A program made the translations under genes and the position numbers. Positions 26,612-39,470 of a DNA stretch of 64,000 nt are shown piece by piece. Source of the DNA: Macrostomum lignano (lineage: Eukaryota); the NCBI GenBank assembly GCA_002269645.1, contig NIVC01003295.1, positions 1 to 64,000 of the forward strand. Reading direction: 5' to 3'. A model generated the notes under the pieces. It was given only the letters and a program-made list of their open reading frames with translations. It searched no databases and was not told the DNA's origin. The first letter of the stretch is position 1. Each line of letters starts with the position of its first letter.

Positions 26612-27225
26612 GTTGCTATTTGGGGATGCTTGCTTTCTGGGGGATGCTTGCTATCTGGGCGATGCTTGCAATTTGGGGGATGCTTGCTATCTGAGGGATG
26701 CTTGCTATCTGGTGGATGCTTGCTATCTGAGGGATGCTTGCTATCTGAGTGATGCTTGCTATCTGGGGGATGCTTGCTATTTGGAGGATGCTTGCTTTCT
26801 GGGGGATGCTTGCTATCTGGGCGATGCTTGCAATTTGGGGGATGCTTGCTATCTGAGGGATGCTTGCTATCTGGTGGATGCTTGCTATCTGAGGGATGCT
26901 TGCTATCTGAGTGATGCTTGCTATCTGGGGGATGCTTGCTATCTGAGGGATGCTTGCTATCTGAGGGATGCTTGCTATTTGGGGTATGCTTGCTATCTGA
27001 GGGATGCTTGCTATCTGGGGAATGCTTGCTATCTGGGGAATGTTTGCTATCTGGGGAATGCTTGCTATCTGGGGGATGCTTGCTATCTGGGGGATGTTTG
27101 CTATCTGGGGGATGCTTGCTATCTGGGGGATGCTTGCTATCTGGGGATGCTTGCTATCTGGGGGATGCTTGCTATTTGAGGGATGCTTGCTATCTGGGGA
27201 ATGCTTGCTATCTGGGGGATGCTTG
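26612..27225. repeat. 18-bp minisatellite (GATGCTTGCTATCTGGGG) inside Helitron copy 1
   Basis: Direct inspection. Confidence 0.95.
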
Positions 27226-27959
27226 TGGTCTTGGGAAGATTTCTTATTGCAATTCACTTCATTTGAGCAGTTTGTCTGGCTCTTTGTGAAGGATTTTCTG
27301 GCTGTCTTTTTGTTACTTGTAGAGAACAGAGATTCTATCCAGATGTCCCCCATCGGGGGGCGAAGATTGCTAGTCCTATATACTAAAAATGAGTTGTCTG
27401 TGGGTATGCGATAGATTTCAGAAAAATTGGCTCAACCGATTTTCTTCAAACTTGCACCATTCGATCAGAAATTTTCCTGGCACGGTACATGCATCCTGGC
27501 TAAGAAATTGCTCAATGTTAAAGGGATTAAATATTCGAAAAACATGCTTTTCTGCAAAGGTCAAGCCAAATTTTCGACTTGAAATGCATTGTAAGAATGC
27601 TAGAGAAAAAACTGACTGGCTGAATTCCGATTGTGATAAAGATTGCATCACAACAAGTTGAAAACAGTGTCGAAGAAATGCACACACGACTTGAATAAAA
27701 TTGCGTAACCATATTGCCAACTTAAATTGAGACTGATTCTGGCTGACTGAGAAATTGATTATGTCATAACTTTTTACTCCAATTGACTTGCTGTAAGAAT
27801 TGAATTATAAGGGCCACAATTCATGTTCTCCAATTAAAAAAGATAGCCCTGATGCGAACAGACTGGAATGCAAATGTAGCGACCTGGGTTCGAATCTTAG
27901 TGGTGCAAAAAAGATTTTTTTTTATTAAAACACCTTAAAAACAAAACTGCTAAACATAA

Positions 27960-29820
27960 AAGAAGCGCAATGTCAAACATAGAAGAGCCACCATGTCGAA
28001 CATTAGAGAGCCAACATGTCAAACATAAAGAGCCACCATGTCAAACATTTAAGAGCCACCATGTAAAACATATAAGTGACTTTATGTCAAACATAAAAGA
28101 GCCACCATTTCGAACATTAAAGAGCCACCATTTCGAACATTAAAGAGCCACCATGTCGACCATAAAAGAGCCACTATTTCGAACATCAAAGAGCCACTAT
28201 GTCAAACATTTAGGAGCCACTTTTTCGAACATTAAAGAGCCACCATGTCAAACATAAAAGAGCCAACATGTCAGACATTAAAAAGCCACCATGTCGAATA
28301 TTAAAGAGCCACCATGTCGAACATTAAAGAGCCATTATGTCAAACATTAAAAGTCACCATGTTAAACATTAAAGAGCCACCATGTCAAACATTAAAGAGC
28401 CACCATGTCAAACCTAAAAGAGCCACCATGTCGAAAATTTAAGAGCCAAAATGTAGAATATAAAAGAGCCACCATGTAAACCATATAAGTGACTTTATGT
28501 CAAACGTTTAAGAGCCACCATGTTAAACCTAAAAGAGCCACCATGTTGAACCTAAAAGAGCCATCATGTTAAACCTAAAAGACCCATCATGTCAAGCATA
28601 AAAGAGCCACCATGTCGAACATATAAGGGACTTTATGTCAAACATTAAAGAGCCACCATGTCAAACATTAAAGAGCCACCATGTCGAACATAAAGTAGCC
28701 GCCATGTAAAATATTAAAGAGCTACCATGTTAAACATAAAAGAGCCAACATGTTAAGCATTTAAGAGCCTTCGTGTCAAACCTAGAAGAGCCACCATGTC
28801 GAACATAACAGAGCTACCATGTCAAACATTAAAGAGCCACCATGTTAAACATAAAAGAGCCACCATGTTAAACCTAAAAGAGCCATCATGTTAAACCTAA
28901 AAGAGCCATCATGTCAAGCATAAAAGAGCCACCATGTCGAACATATAAGGGACTTTATGTCAAACATTAAAGAGCCACCATGTCAAACATTAAAGAGCCA
29001 CCATGTAAAACAAAAGAGCCACCATTTCGAACATTAAAGAGCCACCATGTTAAACATAAAAGAGCCACCATGTAGAATATTAAAGAGCCACTACGTTGAA
29101 CATTAAGGGGGGCCATTATACCGAACATTAACCAGCCACCATGTCAAACCTAAAAGAACCACCATGTCAACATAAAAGAGCTACCATGTCAAAAATTTAA
29201 GAGCCACCATGTAAAACATTAAAGAGCCATCATTTGAAACATTAAAGAGCCACCATGTCAAATATTTAAGAGCCACTATGTCAAATATTTAAGAGCCACC
29301 ATGTCGAACATTTAAGAGCCACCATGTCAAACCTAAAAGAGCCACCATGTCAAATATTTAAGAGCCACCATGTCGAACATTTAAGAGCCACCATGTCAAA
29401 CCTAAAAGAGCCACCATGTCAAACATTAAAGAGCCACCATTTAGAACATTAAAGAGCCACCATGTCAAACATTAAAGAGCCACCATGTCAAACATTTAAG
29501 AGCCACCATGTCAAACATTAAAGTGCCACCATATCGAACATTAAAGAGCCACCATGTCAAACATTTAAAAGCCACCTTGTCAAACATTAAATAGCCACTT
29601 TGTCGAACATTAAAGAGCCACTGTGTCAAACATAAAAGAGCCACCAGGTTAAACATTAAAGAGCCACCATGTCAAACAATAAAGAGCCACCATGTCAAAC
29701 ATAAAACAGCCACCATGAAAAACATAAAAGAGCCACCATGTCAGACATTAAAAAGCCATTGTTTTAAACATAAAAGAGTTGCCATGTAGAACATAAAAGA
29801 GCCACCATGTCAAACATAAA
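27960..29820. repeat. 23-bp minisatellite inside Helitron copy 2
   Basis: Same unit as 24610-26500, with a different variant order. Confidence 0.95.
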
Positions 29821-29912
29821 ATTTACACAATTTCAAACGTAAAAGTAAGCGAATTTTAAAGGAGCCACTATAATGCTAAGGAAATTGTCGCACTAGCTAC
29901 TTATTGTCTGGT

Positions 29913-30285
29913 GGATGCTTGCTATCTGGGGGATGCTTGCTATCTGGGGGATGCTTGCTATCTGGGGGATGCTTGCTATCTGGGGGATGCTTGCTATCTG
30001 AGGGATGCCTGCTATCTGGGGGATGCTTGCTATCTGGGGGATGCTTGCTATCTGAGGGATGCTTGCTATCTAGGGGATGCTTGCTATCTGGGGATGCTTG
30101 CTATCTGGGGGATGCTTGCTATCTGGGGGATGCTTGCTATCTGGAGGATGCTTGCTATCTGGGAGATGCTTGCTATCTAGGGGATGCTTGCTATCTGGGG
30201 GATGCTTGCTATCTGGGGGATGCTTGCTATCCAAGGGTTGCTTGCAATCTAGAGGATGCTTGCTATCTGGGGGATGCTTGCTGTC
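29913..30285. repeat. 18-bp minisatellite inside Helitron copy 2
   Basis: Same unit as 26612-27225, shorter array. Confidence 0.95.
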
Positions 30286-30620
30286 TTGAGATGATTTCTT
30301 TCTGCATTGCACTTCCTTTGAGTATTTTGTCTGTTTTCTTTGAGAAGGCTTTTTTTGACTATCTTTTTGTTACTTGTAGAGAACAGAGATTCTATACAGA
30401 TGTCCCCCAACGGGGGGCGAAGATTGCTAGTTTAATATATAAATTTAGATTTGAGTTTTCTTAAATTAGTGTAGTCTCACATCTGTACTCATACAGTCAG
30501 TTTACAAACTGGAGCACAAAAGGTTAACTGCTTGGTGCCCTGCTTCCTTTCACATTTGATGCTGTTGTTGCAGTTTCTCAGAAGCACTATTATCAACTCT
30601 CTGTCTAAGCTGAAGCAGTC

Positions 30621-32797
30621 ATGACTCAATACACCGCCGCCAGTGTTAGGCAAAGCTTCATCGACTTCTTTGCCCAGAAGCACAAGCACACCTATGTGCA
30701 CTCGTCGTCGACTATTCCATATGACGATCCAACCCTGCTGTTTACCAATGCTGGCATGAACCAGTACAAGCCTATCTTCCTGGGCACAGCCGATCCCAAC
30801 TCTGACATGGCCAAATGGACGAGGGCTGTTAATTCCCAAAAGTGCATTAGAGCAGGCGGCAAGCACAACGATTTAGACGATGTTGGTAAAGATGTTTATC
30901 ATCACACTTTCTTTGAGATGCTGGGCAATTGGTCGTTTGGCGATTATTTCAAATTGGAAGCTTGCACCTGGGCCTGGGACCTGCTCACTAACGTCTGGGG
31001 CTTGCCCAGGGATCGTCTGTACGTCACTTATTTTGGCGGCAACGAGGCCCAGGGCCTGCCATCCGATGAGGAGGCTCGCGACATCTGGATCAGCTTGGGC
31101 CTGCCGCCTGACCGAGTGCTGCCATTCGGCATGAAGGACAACTTCTGGGAGATGGGCGAGACTGGACCATGCGGTCCCTGCTCCGAGATTCACTTCGATC
31201 GGATTGGAGGCGGTAGAAATGCCGCGGATCTTGTCAACATGGACGATCCGGACGTGTTGGAGATTTGGAATCTCGTATTTATCCAGTTTAATCGCGAGCC
31301 AGATGGCAACCTGAGATTGCTGCCTAATAAGCATATTGATACCGGCATGGGAATGGAGCGAATTCTCTCTGTGCTTCAGGTGTGTTGAACATCTTTTCTG
31401 TGTCTTCTCGTAGTTGAAATGACTAAATTGACACAATCATTTCTCACTTATTATTCCGTGCCTCTAACCTTAATTATCTTTGTCTAATTACGGTTTATCA
31501 ATTTTCCCTGTAAATACCCTCCATGTCATCCCTGTAAATACCCTCCATGTCATCTCTGTAAATACCCTCTATGTCATCCCTGTAAATACCCTCCATGTCA
31601 TCCCTGTAAATACCTCCATGTCATCCCTGTGAATACCCTCCATGTCATCCCTGTGAATACCCTCCATGTCATCTCTGTAAATACCCTCTATGTCATCCCT
31701 GTAAATACCCTCCATGTCATCCCTGTGAATACCCTCCATGTCATCCCTGTGAATACCCTCCATGTCATCTCTGTAAATACCCTCCATGTCATCCCTGTAA
31801 ATACCCTCTATGTCATCCCTGTAAATACCCTCCATGTCATCCCTGTAAATACCCTCCATGTCATCCCTGTAAATACCCTCCATGTCATCCCTGTAAATAC
31901 CCTCAATGTCATCCCTGTAAATACCCTCCATGTCATCCCTGTAAATACCCTCAATGTCATCCCTGTAAATACCCTCCATGTCATCCCTGTGAATACCCTC
32001 CATGTCATCTCTGTAAATACCCTCCATGTCATCCCTGTGAATACCCTCCATGTCATCTCTGTAAATACCCTCCATGTCATCCCTGTAAATACCCTCAATG
32101 TCATCCCTGTAAATACCCTCAATGTCATCCCTGTAAATACCCTCCATGTCATCCCTGTGAATACCCTCCATGTCATCTCTGTAAATACCCTCTATGTCAT
32201 CCCTGTAAATACCCTCTATGTCATCCCTGTAAGTACCCTCCATGTCATCCCTGTAAGTACCCTCCATGTCATCCCTGTAAATACCCCGTCATCCTTGTCC
32301 CTCCATTCGAACCAAATTGTCTGCAGCCCATATGCATTACCCAATACCCATCTATCTAGTCGATTCCACAACCCGCAGGGCCACCGATCCAACTACGACA
32401 CCGACGCATTCCAACCGCTGTTCGCCGCCATCGAGAAGTTCACCGGCAGCCGGCCCTATTCTGGCCGGGTGGGCGCCGAAGACGCCGACGGAGTTGACAT
32501 GGCCTACCGAGTGCTGGCCGATCACGCCAGGACGCTCACTATTGCGCTGAGTGACGGCGGCAGGCCAGATAACGCCGGTCGGGGCTACGTGTTGCGCAGA
32601 ATTTTGCGCAGGGGCGTGCGTTACGCTGTCGAAAAGTTGCGCTCTCCGCCAGGACTGTTGGAGGCTCTGGTTGGTGAATTTGCTGCTTGGGATGTGTGTG
32701 GGGTCTCTATACTGTCCGCCTATCTCTATCTATCTATCTATCATCTATCTATCTATCTATCTATGTATCTATCTATCTATCTATCTGTCTATCTATC

Positions 32798-32828
<31 letters not shown>

Positions 32829-32951
32829 ATCTATCTATCTATCTATCTGTCTATCTGTCTATCTATCTATCTATCTGTCTATCTATCTATCTATCTATCT
32901 ATCTGTCTGTCTATCTATCTGTCTATCTATCTATCTATCTGTCTATCTATC

Positions 32952-33004
<53 letters not shown>

Positions 33005-33039
33005 GTATCTATCTATCTATCTATCTGTCTATCTATCTC

Positions 33040-33088
<49 letters not shown>

Positions 33089-33179
33089 GTCTATCTGTCT
33101 ATCTATCTATCTATCTGTCTATCTATCTATCTATCTATCTATCTGTCTGTCTATCTATCTATCTATCTGTCTATCTATC

Positions 33180-33220
<41 letters not shown>

Positions 33221-33255
33221 GTATCTATCTATCTATCTATCTGTCTATCTATCTC

Positions 33256-33286
<31 letters not shown>

Positions 33287-36200
33287 CTATCTGTCTATCT
33301 ATCTGTCTATCTTCTATTATCTATCTGTATATCCATTTAGCTAGCTATTTATCCAATACCCAATTAAATTTAAACCCAAGGTGGACGTTGTCTGCCAGTC
33401 GCTGGGCTCCGCATTTCCCGAGCTAAATCGCGACCCGGACACGGTGCGCGAGATCATCGCCGAGGAGGAGGCGCAGTTCCTCAAGACGCTCCGCCGGGGC
33501 CAGCGAGTGCTGGAGCGCACCCTGGCCAAGGTGCCAGCAGGTCAGCCTGTGCCTGGCGACGTTGTGTGGCGCCTGTACGACACCTACGGCTTCCCCACTG
33601 ACCTGACCAAGCTCATGGCGGAGGAGCGCGGCCTGGCTATTGACGAGACCGGCTTCGAGGCCGCCAAGGAGGCTTCGCTGCTGGCCTCGCAGGCCGCTGG
33701 CGGCGGTGTCGGTGTCTCGGTTGATCTGGACGTTCACGCACTGGCCGAGCTCAAGGACGGCATGGCCATCGCTCAGACTGACGATTCGCCTAAGCTGACC
33801 TACACAACCGACAGTGACGGAGTCTACGCCTATCCAAATCGGATTAGCGCTACTATTAAAGCTATTCGCTATCGCCAGGCCTTTGTGGACTCGGTCCCAT
33901 CCGGTGTCGAGTGCGGATTCGTACTGGACCGGACCTGCTTCTACGCTGAGCAGGGCGGCCAGATATTCGACGAAGGCGTGATGACTAAGACTGGCGAAGG
34001 TGCCGGCGACGATGCGGCCGAGTTTATGGTTAAGAATTGTCAGGTAAATTTTTAATTAACAAGCCTATATTCAGTACTGTAGACTGTTGGGTTTTTAGCC
34101 CAGTGGTTAGAGCATCCGACTCACAATTGGAAGGTCGGGGGTTCGAATCTTCGACCCACTCTGAACAATTTACTCTGCATTGCTTCAGTTCACCCAGCTG
34201 TAAAATGGGTGCCAGCTGGGGTAATTGAAGGTGTGTGGCGACCTCCCCCCCCCCAGTCATTGGACTGAACAGTCGTACGCAGCCTTCAGCCGTACACGCA
34301 ATAGCTGCGGCTGAGCTGTCGGTTGCACATCTAACCCAATTAGTGCAGGTGTAACCAATCATTATTAGGTTAAGCAGAATTGACATTGATTAGTGCACGT
34401 TTATCCTGGTTAATTATTTGGCTGGTAAATAAAACAAATTAATGAACAGCTCATGTAGGTTAAGCTGAGTTTGCTTTGGTTAGTACGCATTCAGCGCAAG
34501 TTGATGCTTAAGAATTTGCTAGTATAAAAAAATGAATGATTAATTAAGCAGGCTTTATTAGCATTGTAAAAGTTAAGCAGAGTTTACCGCGGTTAGTGCG
34601 CTATAACTAAGTATTTTATTCAATCTACTCAGAATTTTGTATGTTTTTATTATTATTATTGTTGCAATTAATTCCCAGGTACGCGGTGGCTACGTTATTC
34701 ACGTTGGCACAACCGAAGGCGAATTCAAAGTTGGCGACGAACTAATTCTCTCTGTTGATATGCAACGGCGCAAACCGGTGATGCAGAATCATACGGGTAC
34801 TCACGTGCTGAACTATGCTCTACGCCAGGTGCTCGGAGTTGATGCCGATCAGAAAGGCTCTCTAGTTGCCCCTGATCGGCTGCGATTTGATTTCGCTTGC
34901 AAAGCCGCCATGACTCAGGAGCAGATTGGCCAGGTTGAGAATATTGTTAACGAGGTTGTAAGCAAACGGCAGCCTGTCTATGCTGCTATGGCTTCGCTGG
35001 CTGAGGCTAAAGCTGTTCAGGTATGGCGGGTTTGCTATGAAGAATTAAGATCCCTAATCCCATGTTTGGGATCCCTAATCCCATATTTTAAATCTCTAAT
35101 CCCATTTTTGAGATCCCTAATCCCATATTTGAGATTCCTAATCCCATATTTGAGATCCGCAATCCCATATTTGAAATCAGCAATCCCATATTTGAGATCC
35201 CTAATCCCATATTTGAGATCCGCAATCCCATATTTGAAATCAGCAATCCCATATTTGAGATCCCTAATCCCATATTTGAGATCCGCAATCCCATATTTAA
35301 AATCTCTAATCCCATATTTGAGATCCCTAATCCCATATTTGAGATACGCAATCTCATATTTAAGATCCGCAATCCCATATTTGAAATCTCTAATCCCATA
35401 TTTGAGATCCCCAATCCCATATTTAAAATCTCTAATCCCATATTTGAGATCCCTAATCCCATATTTGAGATACGCAATCTCATATTTGAGATCCGCAATC
35501 CCATATTTTAGATACGCAATCCCATATTTGAGATCCGCAATCCCATATTTGAGATCCGCAATCCCATACTTGAAATCCCCAATCCCATATCTGAGATCCC
35601 TAATCCCATATTTGGGATGCATGCTCAATCCCATATTTGAGATGCATGCTCAAGCCCATATTTGAGATCCCTCAATCCCATATTTGAGATCCTAAGTCCC
35701 AGGTTTGAGATCCCAAATGCCGTACTCGTATTTAATATCCTCGATGCCATATTTGGTATCCTCAAATATAATGTTTAATAATGTTTAATAATATTTCCCA
35801 ATCGTCTACCCCACTTTGCTAGGGTCTTCGCGCCGTATTTGGAGAAGTCTACCCGGATCCAGTTCGCGTTGTCAGCGTTGGCGTCGAGGTCGACAAACTG
35901 TTGGCAGATCCCAACGGTCCGGCCGGCTCTTCAACTTCTGTCGAGTTCTGCGGCGGCACCCATTTGCACAATGCTGGACACATTGGCCAGATGGCCATCA
36001 TCTCCGAAGAGGCCATCGCTAAGGGTATTCGACGGATTGTAGCCGTTACTGGCACAGAGGCGTCTCGGTGAGTTGACTAGCGCGTGACCAAATGCCGATA
36101 ATCCCAGATTCACAAAACGGGACGCCGCTACTACCAGATCCTTAATTTGGGATGCCAATATTCTCTAATCCTCAATTTTTATTCCATAATCCCAGATCCT

Positions 36201-38222
36201 CAAATTGGGATGCCAATGATCCTAGATCCTCAAATTGGGATGCCAATACTCCCAGATCCTCAAATTAGGATGCCATACTCCCAGATCCTCAAATTAGGAT
36301 ACCAATACTCCCAGATCCTCAAATTGGGATGCCAATGCTCCCAGATCTTCAAATTGGGATGCCAATGCTCCCAGATCCTCAAATTGGGATGACAATACTC
36401 CCAGATCCTCAAATTGGGATGCCAATACTCCCAGATCCGCAAATTAGGATGCCATTACTCCCAGATCCTCAAATTGGGATTCCATACTCCCAGATCCTCA
36501 AATTGGGATGCCCATTCTCCCAGATCCTCAAATTGGGATGCCAATGCTCCCACATCCTCAAATTGGGATGCCAATACTCCCAGATCCTCAAATTGGGATG
36601 CCATCACTCCTTGATCATCAAATTGGGATTCCATACTCCCAGATCCTTAAATTGGGATTCCATACTCCCAGATCCTCAAATTGGGATTCCATACTCCCAG
36701 ATCCTGAAATTGAGATTCCATACTCCCAGATCCTCAAATTGGGATTCCATACTCCCAGATCCCAGATTACACATAATGCCTTGTATTTTACAACAAATTT
36801 CCAATAAAAAAACAACTCAACAGAGCCCGACATTCTGCCGACCTGCTCGAAGCCGACGTGACCAGCCTAGAAGGTCTGGCGTCAGCTTGCACAGACGTAG
36901 CGGAGGCGCGCGGCCTCGCCCGTAGAATAGTCGATCTTAGCACCCTAGTCGCCCAGTCCACCACTCCGTCGGTTCGTCGCGAGGCCATGCGTCGCCGGCT
37001 AGCGGACGCTAAGCGCCGACTAGACGATCTGGATCGCAGTAAGAAGGCCGCCCAGGCCAACCAGATGATGGAGGAGGCCAAGCAATTGAGCGCCAAGGCT
37101 GCTTCTGGTGGCGGCGCCAGTCCGCCAGCTTTTCTAGTGCACGCCTTCGATTCTGAGGGCGGAGCTAAAGCGGTTAATACGGCGCTTAAACAGCTGTCTA
37201 AAGACTGCCCGGAGACTGCGTTCCTCTGTCTGAGCGTTGACGCCGCCGCTGGGAAGGTATGGTTCAATTCGAATAGATGGATTCACAGGTTTTTTTTATT
37301 AATAACTAGGCAAATAGATTTAAAGAAAAGACAGGTATAGGTAAGGTTAATATCTGAGTAAATAGATTAATTGTTATCTGAGTGGATAGATTGATATCTG
37401 AGTAGATAAATTAATATCTGAGTAGATAGATAGATTGATATATGAGTAGATAGATTGATTGATATCTGAGTAGATAGATATTGATATCTGAGTAGATAGA
37501 TTATCTGAGTAGATTGATTGATTGATATCTGAGTAGATAGATTGATTGATATCTGAGTAGATAGATTGATTGATATCTGAGTAGATAGATATTGATATCT
37601 GAGTAGATAGATTATCTGAGTAGATAGATTGATTGATATCTGAGTAGATAGATTATCTGAGTAGATAGATTATCTGAGTAGATAGATTATCTGAGTAGAT
37701 AGATTATCTGAGTAGATAGATTATCTGAGTAGATAGATTATCTGAGTAGATAGATTATCTGAGTAGATAGATTGATTGATATCTGAGTAGATTGATTGAT
37801 TGATATTTGAGTAGATAATATATCCAGTACTCGTAGAAAGATTGACATATAGGTAGGTCATAGGTATCTAGAAATATAGGTTCTCGGATATCTAAGAAAA
37901 TATATTTTTGAGTATCTGCGTAGACAGGTTCATGGGTATCTGAATAGATACACAAATTTATAGAAAAATATATTTAAAAATAATATCCTCAAACTCACTT
38001 CTCTGTCCGTCGCTCTCGCAGGTGGTCTGCCTAGCCCAGGCTCCCAAATCCGCAATCGATCGCGGCCTGAAAGCTAACGAATGGATCGGCCACGTGTCGC
38101 CAGCCATCGACGGTCGCGGCGGCGGTCGAGACAATGCCGCCCAGACTGCCGGCGGCAAGGTTGACGGAATCGCCGAGGCCAAAAAATTGGCTGTGGAATT
38201 TGCCAAGGCTAAACTGGGCTGA
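30621..38222 (+). CDS. AARS1: Alanine--tRNA ligase, cytosolic, ~977 aa
   Basis: Exons 30621-31379, 32379-32669, 33381-34043, 34679-35020, 35823-36067, 36824-37256, 38022-38222; all GT-AG and phase-consistent. Motifs [50 protein letters not shown], editing-site HTGTH and EFCGGTH, C-terminal GRGGG. Confidence 0.97.
31508..32290. repeat. 24-bp minisatellite (TAAATACCCTCCATGTCATCCCTG) in AARS intron 1
   Basis: Direct inspection. Confidence 0.95.
32720..33330. repeat. (TCTA)n microsatellite in AARS intron 2
   Basis: Direct inspection. Confidence 0.97.
34093..34365 (+). mobile_element. tRNA-derived SINE, copy 2 (AARS intron 3)
   Basis: A box CAGTGGTTAGAGC, B box GGTTCGAATC; body CACCCAGCTGTAAAATGGGTGCCAGCTGGGGTAATT...GCAATAGCTGCGGCTGAGCTGTCGGTTGCACATCT shared with 3766-4055. 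Confidence 0.82.
35047..35720. repeat. 21-bp minisatellite (AATCCCATATTTGAGATCCCT) in AARS intron 4
   Basis: Direct inspection. Confidence 0.95.
36130..36770. repeat. ~30-bp minisatellite (CCCAGATCCTCAAATTGGGATGCCAATACT) in AARS intron 5
   Basis: Direct inspection. Confidence 0.95.
37350..37830. repeat. GATA-derived minisatellite (ATCTGAGTAGATAGATT[GATTGAT]) in AARS intron 6
   Basis: Direct inspection. Confidence 0.93.
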
Positions 38223-38398
38223 AACTGTGAATTATACAATTCATTGATTAGGTTGCGGGTTGCTAAATTGTTATCAAGAATTAGCATAGCATTTGCTTTG
38301 GTGTCACCTGTGTGTGGATATTTACTGCTGGCTGTGTGTGTGTCGTTTAAATAGTACATGTATTTGAAAGACAACTAATTTATACTTTATTAACTCTA

Positions 38399-38703
38399 CT
38401 AGTGTCGCGACTTTCCTAGTCATTTCTTTAGTTCGCCTTCACTTGTCTCTGTTTGCTGTTTTCTCTCTCTCTCTGTGTCTAGCTCCAGACATTAACTTAG
38501 GGGTTTGAATTGCAGATAATAAAGAGAGAGGTGGAGTGCACGACTAAATAGAGAGGCGAGAATGGAGAACCAATCAGAAGGCAGCAAGGGAGAGAGAGAT
38601 AAGAATAACAAGATTGAGCTAGACACAGAGAGAGAGAGAAAACAGTAAACAGAGACAAGTGAAGGTGAACTAAAGAAATGACTAGGAAAGTCGCGACAAC
38701 TAG
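38399..38703. mobile_element. Foldback/MITE-like element with ~86-bp inverted arms just downstream of the AARS stop
   Basis: Left arm 38399-38485 is the reverse complement of 38616-38703 with two substitutions and one indel. Confidence 0.75.
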
Positions 38704-39294
38704 CAGCTTAATTTATTTATATTAAGAAATATCAAGTCCTTAATTAGACGTTAATAGTACATAAAGTTTTTGGTTTATAATTATAGGCCTTGGGATCGCA
38801 GATAATAAAACGCCTCAAATTGACTCTTAGGCGATTATTTGACGTCATTTCGTCGTTTTAGAGCATCATTTCTTTCCTATTTTACCTGTCTTTTGAGTTT
38901 TTGAGTTACCTAAATTCAATTTATATGACTTGATATTTCTAATGCTATAAGGAAACTTTATTACTACTGTTAAAATTAAAACAAATCATATCGCTGCTCA
39001 AGTTATTGTTATAATTCTAATATTATTAGTATAATAATGGTTGGCATAAAATATATTACTAAAATTGAGCAGCAAAAGGATGCAGGTCTAAGCAGAATGT
39101 AGTTGCTTAATAACAGCACAATCAAACATTTTACTGTATGATTAATTATTTTGCTTTGCTATTTAGTTTAATAACATTATATGCCCGCCAAAAAATCTAC
39201 CGCTTTTCTGTGCAATTCTGGCCGAAATCAGCAATTCTTCCAGAAAAAGAAGCAGCCATCAGCCAGGAATGCAGGATGCAGCTCAATCCGCTGC

Positions 39295-39470
39295 CCACTG
39301 GGCCAGCATCCCAGATCCTCAGTTTCTGGGCCAGTCTCCCAGATCCTCAGTTGCTTGGCCAGCCTCCCAGATTCTCAGTTGCTGGGCCAGCCTCCCAGAT
39401 CCCCAGTTGCTGGGCCAGCCTCCCAGCTCCTCAGTTGCTGGGCCAGCCTCCCAGATCCCCAGTTGTGCAC
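39295..39470. repeat. 28-bp minisatellite (GCTGGGCCAGCCTCCCAGATCCTCAGTT), array A
   Basis: Direct inspection. Confidence 0.9.

Larger units (their letters stand above)
24014..27373 (+). mobile_element. Non-autonomous Helitron-like element, copy 1 (~3.36 kb)
   Basis: 5' TCCTATATACTAAAAAT, then a short (GGTA)n and CTCAACCGATTTTCTTCAAACTT. 3' GC hairpin CCCCC-ATC-GGGGG about 10 nt before the terminal CTAG. No Rep/helicase ORF. Confidence 0.8.
27374..30430 (+). mobile_element. Non-autonomous Helitron-like element, copy 2 (~3.06 kb), head-to-tail with copy 1
   Basis: Junction CTAG|TCCTATATACTAAAA at 27370-27388; same internal layout; ends CCCCCAACGGGGGGCGAAGATTGCTAG|T. Confidence 0.8.

Noticed and set aside
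26598-30464. DACYLG, QIASIP and GGCLLS repeat ORFs as Helitron-encoded proteins
   Set aside because: Translations of the 18-bp array; no Rep or helicase motifs.
31629-33344. 571-aa ORF overlapping AARS (also 34637-35665 and 36329-36925)
   Set aside because: Read-through of real AARS exons into repeat-filled introns.
34093-34165. Functional tRNA gene (also 3766-3830 and the B-box at ~24545/27890)
   Set aside because: No complete cloverleaf or acceptor stem, no poly-T terminator, and followed by a SINE body or embedded in the Helitron.
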